A DNA stretch of 64,000 nt from NCBI GenBank assembly GCA_002104945.1, contig MCFH01000036.1:248001-312000 (forward strand). Reading direction: 5' to 3'. The stretch comes from Piromyces finnis finn. Lineage: Eukaryota > Fungi > Neocallimastigomycota. Under the pieces are notes generated by a model. The model worked only from the letters and a program-made list of their open reading frames with translations. It ran no database searches and was not told the origin of the DNA. Shown here in pieces: positions 23,736 to 36,270 of the stretch (its first letter is position 1; each line of letters opens with the position of its first letter). The translations under genes and the position numbers were made by a program.

Positions 23736-25811
23736 GTATGATTAATTATATGAATTATCAATAATGATTAATGTGTTAATAGGATGATAATAGCAAACGA
23801 AAAATTAAAAAAATATATAATCTTGAAGGGTTAATTATATAAAAATATGTTATCATTACATACATTTATTATAAAAACGTGAATATATTGTGATTTTTAT
23901 TTTAAAAATTATTTTTTGTTTGGACAAGATAAAAGATTATTCATTGTCCCTGAAACCAACCAATAAAATTTATGTGTACCTCTATTATTAATATATTATA
24001 ATATATTACTTGAATATATTAAATTTCAAATTGTTTTTTTTTAAAAATAAATTCTATATAAATTAAATAATAATAAATTTTAAGAGGTAGGAATTAGCTA
24101 AATTTCATTGCGATACAAGTACTTTTATGTGGGTAAAAAAAAGTAATGATTTAAAGGGTTGAAAATTTAAAGACAATAAAAAAAAAATTTTTTTTAAATG
24201 ATAGTTTTTATTAATTAAATATTAAATATTTAATTATAGAAAGCTTATAATATTATTTAATTACAATATCAATTATAATTAATAACAATAGACTATCTTC
24301 TTTTCATTTAGTTACTTTCATAATATTTGAAATATCTTTTTTTTAACATTCATATTTTCTCATAATTTACATATTCCTTTTTTTTTTCAGTGATTTTAAA
24401 TAGAATTTTTTATATCATCAAGGTTTAATTAATTAAAATTATTGATTTAAACAACAATATATTTAATATATGTAATACATATATTACAATACAATTATTT
24501 ATTACCTTTTTTTTTTAAATTTTATTATTTTTAATTTTTTTTTTTATCCAATTTTAATGTAAAATTGAATGATTTTAAATTTGAAATCATTCAATTTTAA
24601 CAAATAATAACAACCATACTCATAATACTTGTATTTAAATTTAATAATATATACAAGTTATAGAATATCAAATCTATTTCTAAATTTAAATCTAAAATTA
24701 CTATAAAATCACAATTTAAATTCAACTTTATAAAAAATAAAAATTAAAATAATTTCAATTTTAATTTTCAATTTCAAATTTCATTTAAATTATCTTACTT
24801 CAGCTTTACATGATATTATTATATAATTTGTATACAGTTAAATCAGACTAATCAGTATACTATTCTTTTGAATATTTTTTTTTTTAAAAAAATACAAAAC
24901 AGAATTATAAAAAACATTACAATTTAAAATTTAGTTTCTGTTTTCCTCCCTTCCATATAATAAATTTTTTGGTAATTACTATATTTTATTTTAATATGCA
25001 TATTGTTAGTATTGTATATAGAGGGAAAAATGAATGGGATTAGATTTTAATTGTTATTCAACTTGAAGAAGGAAAATGAAAACTTTGAAAAGAAGAAATT
25101 AAATAAATATGTAAAATTAAAAGTATTTATATTCAGAAACATAATTATATCATAGAAATTTAACCAATTTAGTAGAAAAAAAAATACAATCATTTATTAA
25201 TTTTATAGATATTTTAAATTCCTTGTAAACCTTCCAATAAAAGTTAATATTTGATAAAAAATAAAAGAAAAAGATAAAATAATTAATTTTCAATATGATA
25301 GTTATGAATAATTTATTAAAATAAAGTATGCAATCAATAAGAAACAAAAAATAATAATAAGCTTTTTTCAATAAAAAATCTAAAGATATTATTAATATCT
25401 AATGAAGATTTAAAATTTATTCTAACATTATTAATATTTAAACTTTATTTTTTAATTATCATTGTATTTGATATATAATATGATATAATAAGGAAAAGTG
25501 GGAACTAATATTTTATATTTTTAAAGCTTTTTTTTAAATAATAGAGGTTTTTTTTTTCAAGTTCTAAAAAGAAATTTCAATATCAATTTTATTTGCTATC
25601 ATATATTCTACTGACTTCATAAAACAATTATATACCAACGATTTTCAGTAATTTATCAATTATTTTAAAATAATAAAGTCTTTATATAAAATAATCATAA
25701 TTTAAATTTATTAAAATACATATCCTATTTATTTCGTACAACTTTTGAAAAAATAGTAAAATTATATTAAAAAAATACAAAGAATACAAATTATAAAATT
25801 ATATTCCCAAA

Positions 25812-28800
25812 ATGGGTTTCATATCAAAGGAAAACTTTGAAAAAATATATATAAAAATAAGACAAGATGCAATTGAAAATAATTCTTCTGTTTTAATATT
25901 TGTCTCACCTAGTGCTGACAGTATATGTGCAGCGAAGGTTCTTTTGGTAAAAATAGTTTAAGATTTTTATTTTTGTATATTTAAAAAATAGAAAATATAA
26001 AAGTAAATTAAACTAATTTTTTAATATATTTTTTTTTTATTTATATTATTGGTAAATTAAATTTCATTCATTATTTTAAATTAATTTTTTTTATTATTAT
26101 AAAGACACTTTTAAAAATTGATAATATTACACACCAAATTATACCCATATCGGGATGGTCGGATCTAAGTAAGGCAAATCAAACAAAAATTGAAACCAAT
26201 GAAGAAGTAAGTAATATTTTAACATTAAAAAAGTGAATAATATTATATGATATGAAATTTATTCTTATCAATATAAAAATTTTTCATTATTTATTTAAAC
26301 ATATAGTTAAGAACTGTAATAATGATTAATTGCGGGGGTCTCGTTGATTTAACAGAATTTCTTTCCTTAACCGATATATTAACAGTTTATATTATTGATA
26401 GTCATCGCCCATATAATTTATCAAATATATATAGTACAAATCAGGTAATGTCAAAATTCAACTTGATATTTTAAATTTATTCTTTCTTCTTATTATTAAA
26501 TTTTTTTTATCATATTTTTGTTTATAAATAAATAATTATATGTAACTTGAAATTTTATCACATATAGATTGTAATAGTAGATGATGGTGATATTGAAGAA
26601 GATATGGCAGATGTACAAAAAGCATTTGAAGAATTAGAAGTATGTATCAAATATCATATTTAATTATTATTAATTTGTAGTATATGAATTCTCAGATTCT
26701 CGAAAATAATTATATTAATTTTTTTTTTTAAATTTTAACTTACTTTATATATAATCTGATGATAGTATGGCTCTGATTCATCAGATAGTGAGGAATCTGA
26801 AGATTTTGAAGAAGAAGAAGAAGAAGAAGAGGATATAATTAATGTAGAGGATGATGATGAAGAAAATGTTGATACCACAAATTTAAATGGAAATAATAAT
26901 AACAGTAATAATGTAAATATTAATATTAAAAAAAAAAATAATATTTAAAAAAAGAAAATAGTTAAATCAACATATACTAATGAGTGTAATATATATAAAT
27001 TATTATACTTTTTTTTTTTTTTTAAAAAAAAACTCATATATATAAATATGATTATTAAAATGTAGAAGAGTTCTCGAAAACGTGCTTTAAATGAATCATT
27101 TGATGAATACCAATCAAGGCGAATGAAACGTATAAGAAAACGTCAACATAGACAAGAAAATAGAAGATTAATATCAGAATATTATAGTACTGGTTCATAT
27201 TTTGGTATGTCTGCCTCAGAAATGATTTATATATTAGCTTCTCAGTTAGCACGAACTGACATTAATATATTATGGTAAGCATATATATATATATTTAATT
27301 AAAAAACAAAACTTTAAGTATGTTAAAAGGTATATGAATTGATCATCTAATATTAAATATATTGATTATCCCATAATATTTAGGTTGGCTATTGTGGGGC
27401 TAACAGATCAATATTTAAATGGTAGAATTGGTCATGAGAAATATTTAATTCATGCTCAAAACTATCGCGAAGAGGTTCTCAAATTCTCAAATTCAGTTAT
27501 TAATAAGAGAAATTCAACAATTGGTAATGGTGATTCAGAAAATACCCTTTCACTCGATGATTCATTAAATATCGATGATATTTTTTCTTTTAATACTATG
27601 AATTCTGGAAGTTTAACTAATGGTCCTGTCATTGCAGCACACACTTCATCTTCCGATGAAATATTAAGAGTTGAAGATGACTATCGGCTCATGCTTTGGC
27701 GTCATTGGAGTCTCTTTGAAGCTATGTATCATTCAAGTTATGTTGCAACAAAGTTAGGTATATGGCGTCAAGAAGGCAAAAGAAAATTAAACGAACTATT
27801 ATTAAAAATGGGGTAAGTTAATTAAATTTAGTAATATTACTATTTTTTTTTTTTTTAAAAAAAAATAAATACTAAATACTCTATTTATTAAAGATTTCCA
27901 TTGAGTCAATGTCAAGAAAAATATACAGAAATGGAAATAGGATTAAAGAAAATATTGCCAGAAAAATTAGAAGATATGGCACCAATGTTTGGTTTAAATG
28001 AAATATCTTATCCAAGTTTTGTAAAACAACATGGTTATAAATGTACATTGAGTGCAAGTGATACTGTATATAGTTTAAATGCCCTCCTTAATCGTGGTTG
28101 GGATTTCGCTCAACGTATAGCAACCCAAGAAGTTGTACCGACACCTATATTATCGCACAACCCATCTAGAGTATCTGAGAGAGAAACTTTAGATCGTGGT
28201 GGTATGGTTGGTGAACCTTTAGGAAATATAATGGATATTGTTGATCCTGAAGCAATATATCATTCAGCCACCACAAATCCTTTACACCGAAGCAATACAT
28301 CTGATAATGATGATGAAGATGAAGAAAAAGATGAAGATTGGATGGAAGGATTTTATATGGCATATGATGCCTTAGAAAAGTATGTATTATTTAATTAATA
28401 ATACATTAAAGATAAATAAAATAGACCTTTTTTTTTTTTTTTACATTTCATTTAATATTAATTAATAATATAATTATGAAAGATGGAAGTATCATCTATA
28501 AATAAATTAAATAATGGTTTAATTGATTATTTATATTTTATTTAATATAATATATTATAGTATTGATCTTATGCTTTATGGAATAAAATCGGCCATTCAT
28601 TTACAAAGGGCTATTGTACATACCGGTTTAACAATCCTTGAACATAACCCATCAATGTTATTAAAAAATTTCAGATTTGTAGTGATAGGATCAGATTCTG
28701 TACGTAATGGTTTAAGTGGTAGTACATCTGGTTTAGGATTAGAAGATAATTATGGACTTTTTGGTAAAAGTGTTATGCATTTAGAACAACTGGCAACCTT

Positions 28801-29189
28801 TTTAGGTTCAGCATGGAGGGTAAATATAAATAATAGAATAATTTAATTTTTTAATTTATTATAACAAAAACAAAAAAAAAATAGTATCTTAATATATTAA
28901 TTTTCTTCCTTGTCTAAAATATATAACATGAAAAAATATTATCACAATACATAATAAATAGGAACATGGTAAAAGAAGATTAAAAAGTTCAAAAGCTTTA
29001 GTGACGGCTGCTCAAAATGATCGTCGTGATACCTATTTGGTAGTTGGTATTATTCCATCAAGTCTTGGTGCTGTATCTCATACCCAACGCAAGTAAGTTT
29101 AAAGAATTGTAGTATAAAATTCATTATATTTAAAATATTTTTTTTTTTTATATTATAACCATTTATAATAATAAATAATAATAAAAATG

Positions 29190-29222
<33 letters not shown>

Positions 29223-29390
29223 CTATATAGTACATTCGGTCTTGCTTTCCAAAATACAGCACAAAGAACCAATGCAAGAGTAAAACACGATAGTTTTGAT
29301 GCTAGTGTCATCGAAGTAAAGAAAGAAGATTTAAAGACATTTGTTGAAAATTTACAATCATCAGTAATATTAGATGATGATTACATATAA
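25812..29390 (+). CDS. CDC45: DNA replication initiation factor Cdc45 (multi-exon)
   Basis: Spliced motifs VLIFVSPSADSICAAKVL, MINCGG, YIIDSHRPYNLSN, IVIVDDGDIEE, acidic tract, YYSTGSYFG, LWLAIVGLTDQY, LMLWRHWSLFEAM, WRQEGKRKL, FVKQHGYK, ASDTVYSL, FYMAYDAL and NTFGLAFQ...VKHDSFDASVIEV. Intron phases checked for most junctions. Confidence 0.95.
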
Positions 29391-30079
29391 AAATAAATTA
29401 AATTATTTATTTTTTTATTTATTATAAAAAAAAAAAATTAAAGGATATATTTTAGAAGAGTTTCGAATCAATAATATTTATCTATTTTTTACTTTTTTTT
29501 TTTAAGAAAAGAAAAAAAAAAATAATGATATATATATATATATATACTAGTCATCATACGAACTTTTAATATAATATATTAATTATTTCATTCTATTAAA
29601 GATATTATAAAAAATATAAATAAATTGAGTAAAAGTGAAGAAAAAAAAAATTTTTTTTTTCAAGATTTTAATTTATTTATTTATGTGTGTTTAGTTTGGA
29701 TTTATAGGATAATATAAAATATTTTGTGTTAAGAATAATAGATATAACTATATATAGTTAAGTTTAATCATTCCAAAAAAGAAATAAAAAATAAAAAACA
29801 TTAATATTAATAATTTTGTTTATATTTTATCACTAGTTGTATTTTATATATTTATATATAACAAATAATGAATATAAATATATTTGTGTATTTTTTCTTT
29901 TTTTTTTTTTTTTTATTATTATATTTTTTTTTTTAAAAAAACTGTATAATTAGTGAAAAAAAAAGAAAGGATTTTTTTTTTTTTATTTTTTAAATAAAAA
30001 TTTATATATATATTAATATTTAATAATATAATCATAAAAACTTTTTTTTTTATATGTTTTATATAATATTAATTAAATA

Positions 30080-33000
30080 TTAATTAAATGCGGATGGGCG
30101 GTTTTGATTAGGATCAAATGGGGCTAAAGATTTGTTACCATTCCTACCTATTTGATTTAAAGATGAATTTTTATTATTATTATTATTTCTATTGGCACCA
30201 TATGAAGAAGAATCGTCTAATCGATAATTATTATGATATGGATTAAATAAAGAAATGCCATCCACCACATGTATCCATCCTTTAATTAACATTTTTGCTA
30301 CTTTATTTCTATTTTTATGAGATTCATCACTTAAATTACTATTAGAGCGTTTGAAATCAGATTTTGATGAAAATAATTCTTTATTTGCAGGATCTCTTAA
30401 TAATTGTTCTTTCCCAATATCCATTTCTTTATCCCAGAGAAGTTTAGATGTCATTACATTATTATTCGTAGTGGAAAGAGGTTGAGTATCATTCATCTCA
30501 GAATCATTCTTTATAATAATTTGTGTACTTAAATCTAAATCTGGTGCATATGAATTAATATCCATGGTGCTGGTGCTGGATTTTAAAATATTTAATGAAG
30601 AAGGTTCATGATGTTGATGTTGATTCGAATAAGAATCGGAAGTAGAGGTGTTTGTCCAGGATGAAACTGAAGCTGAAGAAAACGGAACTCCTGAAATGTT
30701 TGATGATGAAAGATTAGATGATGAAAAATTGGATGAGAATGGATTTCTTAAAAATATAGATTTAAATGTTCTTTTTTGATGCTTTGTAGAGTGAGGATTG
30801 TTTGTTTTTCTATTATATTGTGAATAGTCTTTCTCATTATTTAAAAACGATAACTCTGTCGTAGTCGTCGATTCCAAATTAGTATTATTTTTACCTAATG
30901 GTAAAGTAGGTTTATATTGTTTGCTATTGTTGTTATTATTTAGTAATGATGATTGGGAAACTGTTTTATTATTTATTTCAATAGTAGGTACTATTGTTGG
31001 TACAGATTTACTTTCGTTACTTGATATTTTTTTATCGTGATTATTATTTTGAGGGATACCAGATATTACACCATCAATATTTTTATTATTATCATTACTA
31101 TTACTATTACTATTACTATTACTATTACTATTACTATTATTATTATTATTATTATTGTTGTTGTTGTTATTGTTGCTGTTATTACTGCTACTACTACTAC
31201 TATTATTTTTTTTTTTACTATTATTATTTTTATTATTTATCACATTAACATTACTGTTTTCATTATTAGTAATATTACTATTTTCATTATTTTGCGATGC
31301 TATTGTTTGAATATCACTGAAATCACGAGAGGTAAGATATTCCCTGGAATCACCATTCATTTTAATGGAAGATGATGATAATGAATTGAAAGAATTATTT
31401 CTAGGAACAACCAAGTAAGAAGAAGATGGTGAATTATAGGATATTGAATTTTCAGATGTTTGAATTATATCATTTAATTTATCCATTTTTATCTTTTTAA
31501 CCATTTTCTTTTCGTGTTTATTCATTTTCATTTTTTTAACTGGTGGTCTGGGTTTAAACATTTTTTTGATATCATGTTGAAACATATCTAATGATTCATC
31601 ATTTTCAAAATCACTTGAATCTAATAATGAGAAAAAAAAAATTTTTTTTTTTTTAAATTTAAGCATTACATGTATAACAAAAATATAATTAATGATAAAA
31701 AAAATAAAGAAATAAAATATCATTTATTTTTTATCATTAATTATGATAAAAAAAGGATATTATATAAAAAAAGTGGGATATGTTTACCTTTATCAGATGA
31801 ATCATCAGAATTCTTTAATATTTTATTATTACTATACATTGGATTTCCATAAGAATATATAAATTGATTATTTGGTATAACATTAAACGCTATTAAATAG
31901 ATAAGTTTTTATTATAATATAATAATAGTAATTAATTAATAAATAAATATGCATAAATATAAAACTTATAATTATTTTATGTTTTCTCTTTATATTATCA
32001 TTAAACTATTTAAAATATTCATTTTTATATACATTTTCTACGTAGTTTTTCATTCATATAGCTATACTTTTTAGTTTCGTTAGTTGGAATATTATTTGTA
32101 CTGGCTCTTCTTTTTCTTTTAATATTTTTATTAATGCTATTATCGATAAAAATAGTTTGTTTGGTAATAATACCATCTCCATTAATACTAATTCTTTTTT
32201 TAGTATTAGGCTTATTATCCGAAAGAACTATTTTATTTCCATTTAAGTTTAATCCTTTTTTTGTATTTGCCATCTTTTTTAAATTATTTTCATCATTAAT
32301 AGTAATTTTCTTTTTAGAATCGACATTATTATTTTTTACAATTAATTGATTAATATTATTGTTATTACTATTGTTGTCATTGTTGTTGTTACTATTCAAA
32401 TAATTAGGATTATTAACAGCATTACTTAATATCTGATGAAATATATTTGGACTATATAATACTAATTGTGAATTTTGATAACTACTTTCACTTTCGTTAA
32501 TTTTCTTTTTATTATCTTTTGTATTTTTATTTGAAAAAATAATATCCCTATTGCCACTATCTTCATCCATAGAATCATTTGTATTTAATAAACTGTTACT
32601 ATTTTCATTATCATTACTACTACTATCATCATCATCATCATCATCATCGTCATCATCATCATAGTCATCATCATTTTCACTATTATCATCGTTATTGTCA
32701 TCATTATCATCACTAAGATCATTTTCATGTTGATTATTACTTTCTTCTTCATCTGTTAATTCAACAATACGATCATTATCTTCAATAATATTTTCATTTC
32801 TTAGTAACTTATTATTCACTGGATTGAAGGCACAAAAGAAGAGTTGATTTTCTAATCGACTAATGTAATCTCTTTGATATTCCATGTATTCATGTAATTC
32901 TTGAATACGATTTTCTTGTTCATTATTAACTTGTTCAATAATTTTATTTTGTTCTTGTAACTTTTTAAGCTCATCAATTTCACCTAGATTAGTATATTTT

Positions 33001-34810
33001 TTGTTGATTATCATTATTAATATATAATAATAAATAAAAAAAAAAGATTTTAAAATTAATATAATTAAATATTTAATTTATAGATTATTATTATTATTAT
33101 TATTAATATTAAAATACCTTGTGATTTAATATATTCTATATTAAGTTTTTCATATTTTTTTTCACACTTTTCTTTACTCTTATTGACTTCTTCAATTTTG
33201 TGTTGCATATCATACAATTCATTGTAGAGAGAGTCAATAAGTTTTTGTTCTTGCTTTATTTCATTGTTTTTATTATTATTATTATTACTAAATTCCTTAA
33301 TAAGACTTTGATTATCCTTAAATAATTTATTATTAAGCTCAGTCATGGTGTTTAGTTTATCTTCCATCTCATTTAATTTTTTCTCCGATTCTACTATACC
33401 TCTATTATATTTACTTTTGGTATTTTTTACTACTTCTTCCAAATCATTTACTTGACGTCTTAGATCTAGATTACTATTTTCTAATTGGGTATTAATATCC
33501 ATAAGTTGTTTAATAACTCTGTTATAATTTTCTTCATGATATTCTATTTTAAATATGAAAATAATGTAAAAAAAAAAAAAAGTAAAAAAAAATAAGTGAA
33601 TAAACAAATATATAAATAATTTTTTAATAAATTGATTTATATATAAAAAATAATATAATTAAATAAAACCTTACCAACTACACTATTATATGTATTTTCA
33701 TCAAGACCTCCATTTTCTGGAATTAAATTGACATGTTTTTTTTCTTGACGCCCAACACCAGAGTAAATACGAGCATTACTAGTATGATGATTATTTTGAA
33801 TTAATGATGAAGATGAATCTAATTCACTAAAGCTTCCAAAAGAACTACCATCCATATCTGTATTGAATTAATATATATATATTAATAAATTGAAAAGTAT
33901 CAATTAATATAAATTTAAACCATTTCATTTCTATATATTTCTAAATTAAGGAAAAATCTAATTGCCTCTTTTATTCATTAATTTGTAATTTAATGTTTTC
34001 AAATTCGCGTTTGCTTCTAAAAGACATTGTCCAATAACTGCAGCTAATGTTAAGTCTTTTTTTTTTTTTTTTAATTAAATTTTATTTATTCATTTTGATA
34101 TATAAATATATAAATAAAAAGAAGATTTTTAATTATTTTGGTATAAAAATTGTTTAGATAATATATACATAATAATAATTTTCTTAAATCAAATGTAATA
34201 AATATATATAATTACCTTTCTTTTTCTTATCCAATGATTTAATAGCTTTTTTTAATTTTATTCTTAAGTCTTTAATGTCATCATTTCTATCAATTTCACT
34301 AAGGTGCGAATTATAAGCAAAAGATTCATCCTCTGAAAAATGACTTCCATTATCCATTGAACTTTTACTAATACTATAAGATTCCATAGGTCTTATAGAT
34401 GAGCAAGAAATACTTAATCCAGAACGAGATGGAATATCATCATCATAGGATAATTTAGAAATATCATGAACATTTATATTAATAGAACTATTACTACCAT
34501 TAGCGAGTGGTAAATCAACAATACTACTTGAATTATTACTTTTATTTGAATCATTTCTAACTAAGTTTTGATCAATGTAGCTTCGATCTAACGATGTATG
34601 ATGATGTTGATTATTTAAGTTATTACTATCATCATCATCATTATCATTTGTTGAAAATGCTAAAGACAAATCTTTTAAAAGAGGTTCATGTACATTATTT
34701 GGTTCTTTATAAATAGTTTTTCCTTTATTTATATTTTTTGATGAAATTTGTTGTTGCTTATATATATTTTCCTCAGTATTTGTGTTATATTTTGGAGCAG
34801 CACATATCAT
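30080..34810 (-). CDS. Low-complexity/coiled-coil protein (~1295 aa) with a CC1-box-like motif
   Basis: Proposed exons 34810-34216, 34055-33966, 33857-33675, 33543-33118, 32983-32033, 31889-31788 and 31620-30080; all introns phase 1; total 3888 nt. Joins five ORF-track fragments plus two small unlisted exons. Alternatively the gene stops at 32025 and a second gene covers 31839-30080. Confidence 0.65.
31085..31205 (-). repeat. Coding low-complexity tract (poly-Ser, poly-Asn, (SN)n)
   Basis: (TTA)n and (TTACTA)n runs encode [33 protein letters not shown] in the 30080-31620 exon. Confidence 0.85.
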
Positions 34811-36270
34811 TTTTATTAAAGATATAAAATTAAAAAATGTATTTAAAGCTGTTTTTTTTTATATAGAATAAATACTTTTATGTATTATTTGAATTTGGTA
34901 TTGTTTTAATCAATTTTTTATTAATATTTTATTTTATATTTTTATTCCTTTTTTTTTTTTCTTTTGGTTTTTTTCTTTTTATGATATATATATATATATA
35001 TATTTAATACTTATTATTACACTTTGAGGAGTTTATTAAGAAATATTAATATTATATGATTTTTTTAGTGAATTTCCCCTTTTAATTATAAAAATTTGGT
35101 TCCATTTCAATTATAAAAGATTTTATATGCTATTGCAATAATCTTTAAATTGATTTTGAAATACTTTTTTTTTTTTTTTTTTTTTTTTTATTTTCTCTCA
35201 ATTATTCAATGGAAAAGCTTAAAACACATGTTCATTAAAGGAAAAAAAAAATAAAAAAAAAAAGAATAATATATAATATAAATATTATATAATATATATT
35301 AACTTGTATTTATTTTTTTTCTTTTAATAAAATAACGAGAATGTTTTCTGTTGTTAATTTATAGTACTTTTTATTAGTACTATTTTGCCTTTATAACAAT
35401 AATATTTTTTTCTTTTTTAACTTTATTTTTTTTTGTTTTATTAAAAGTGAATTTATTTTTCTGATTTTTTTTTAAATTTTTAATTTAAATTTATATTAAT
35501 ATAAATTAATTTATGAACTTATTTAAAATAAGTTTAATTTTAATTATAATAAAAATCTTTTTAAGTGAATGGTTGATGAGAAAACTTTACTTTTTTACAA
35601 CATGAAAACATTACATTTTAAATAAATAGATAATATATAAGAAACTATAAAATAAAATTGAACCTATCTTTAACATCATTTTTAAGCCATTCCTTTTTAT
35701 TCTTTATATAATTTATTACATTTTATTATTACTATTTTATTTTTAATAAATATTTACCTTTTTATTGAATTTAAATGTACATATGTAACTATCATAAAAG
35801 AAGAAAAAGATTGTTAATACAAGCATAATCTATTTTATAATTATTTTACTATATCTTTTTGAAATTTATCTTGAATATTTAATTACTTAATACCAAAAAA
35901 AAAAAAGCATATTCTGATTTTTAAAATTTAAATTATATCATGTTTTTTTTTTTTATTATATTTTTATTATATTATAATTATATAAAACTTTACAATAATA
36001 TAAAACTTTAAAATATACAGTTAATAGATGATTAAGAATGTAAAAATACTAAATATATTTCAGATAAAATAATAATTTTTTTAAATGAATAACAAAAAAT
36101 GACAATAAACATAAAGAAAGTATATAATACTATAATAAAAGAAATTATTTATGTTTAAACTATTTTTACGATTAAAAAAATAGAAATAAGAATTTATTTT
36201 AATACTAAAGGAAATAATAAAAATGATTTTTTAAAACATATTTTTATGATATGGTATATTAATTTTTAAA

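Noticed and set aside
34811-36270. Splicing of the 36271 ORF into the 34810 gene
   Set aside because: The long ORF has its own stop, the downstream gene has an AAAAATG start, and no exon chain was found in the 1.46-kb gap.
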